Positions 46,239 to 46,592 of a stretch of 46,592 nt of DNA are shown in pieces. Within the stretch, counting starts at the first letter, position 1. Every line of letters begins with the position of its first letter. The translations under genes were made by a program, and so were the position numbers. Origin of the DNA: Opitutia bacterium UBA3151 (GTDB lineage Bacteria; Verrucomicrobiota; Verrucomicrobiia; Opitutales; Seribacteraceae); NCBI GenBank assembly GCA_002364975.1, contig DEYT01000031.1:1-46592 (forward strand). Direction: 5' to 3'. The notes below the pieces were generated by a model. The model had not been told where the DNA came from and searched no databases. It saw nothing but the letters and a program-made list of their open reading frames with translations.

Positions 46239-46592
46239 TTACCCTGATTGAGTTTCTTTGCTCCAAACCAAGAAGTATTCAAGGTTTCCATCGGTTCCAT
46301 TTGGTCTTGCTTCCATCTCGAAGAAAAGTGAGGAACCATCCAGCTTTCGTTCTGCAAATTCTATAATTTGTTTTTTTACCCTTTCGTGGGTTTTCACGGA
46401 ACGAATGATTCCCTTTCCTGCAGATGCCTCCTCCCTTGTACATTCGAACTGAGGTTTAACCAAGGCCACGAGCTTTCCTCTTTCTGCTACAAAATCCCAG
46501 GACTGAACCAGTACTTTTTGCAGTGAAATAAAAGACAGGTCCATTACCACAAGGGGAAAGGGGGCATCCTCAACATCGTTTTGCTGCAATGA
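46239..46592 (-). CDS. tlyA: TlyA-family RNA methyltransferase, 3' part (truncated by window end)
   Basis: MDLSFISL, ALVKPQFE, GTDGNLEY. Confidence 0.9.
   Translation of the reverse strand, partial: SLQQNDVEDAPFPLVVMDLSFISLQKVLVQSWDFVAERGKLVALVKPQFECTREEASAGKGIIRSVKTHERVKKQIIEFAERKLDGSSLFFEMEARPNGTDGNLEYFLVWSKETQSG

Noticed and set aside
1-46592. CRISPR arrays, rRNA, IS/transposase or integrase genes, and the many short antisense or overlapping ORFs in the track
   Set aside because: No regularly spaced repeats or recombinase/transposase motifs were seen; the short ORFs overlap well-supported genes and lack motifs

Overview
Bacterial chromosome window whose gene content and protein style suggest a marine Verrucomicrobiota/Opitutales-like genome (inference). 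The housekeeping backbone comprises dnaE, rpsU, lysS, a system II cytochrome c biogenesis cluster, ychF, tRNA-His, phnCDE-like ABC genes, waaA, trpA, miaA, nadK, a SurA/PpiD-like gene and a partial tlyA. Two accessory loci stand out. (1) A two-gene unit between rpsU and lysS encodes a TPR + SLOG-like + class III nucleotide cyclase with non-canonical base-selecting residues, followed by a TIR + FGE/C-lectin-fold protein. This is a candidate nucleotide second-messenger (conflict or signalling) system combining Thoeris-like and Pycsar-like parts. (2) An ~8.6 kb integrase-less island lies between tRNA-His and an 18/20-nt copy of the tRNA 3' end (24251-24270 vs 32836-32855). It carries a tightly coupled operon: a Zn-ribbon/TM/TOPRIM-like protein with a Gly/Ser/Asp tail, an AsnB-like amide ligase lacking the catalytic Cys, a metal-binding cupin, a second PP-loop ligase, a doubly frameshifted Kv-type K+ channel, an orphan TAXI receptor and a lipoprotein. 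Other oddities are a trypsin-fold pseudoprotease next to a 4-PDZ HtrA, a modular GH5, a GYF-SNase fusion, a near-perfect Fur-like palindrome before the phnD-like gene and a membrane pseudokinase. All calls come from motif reading only; no searches were run.
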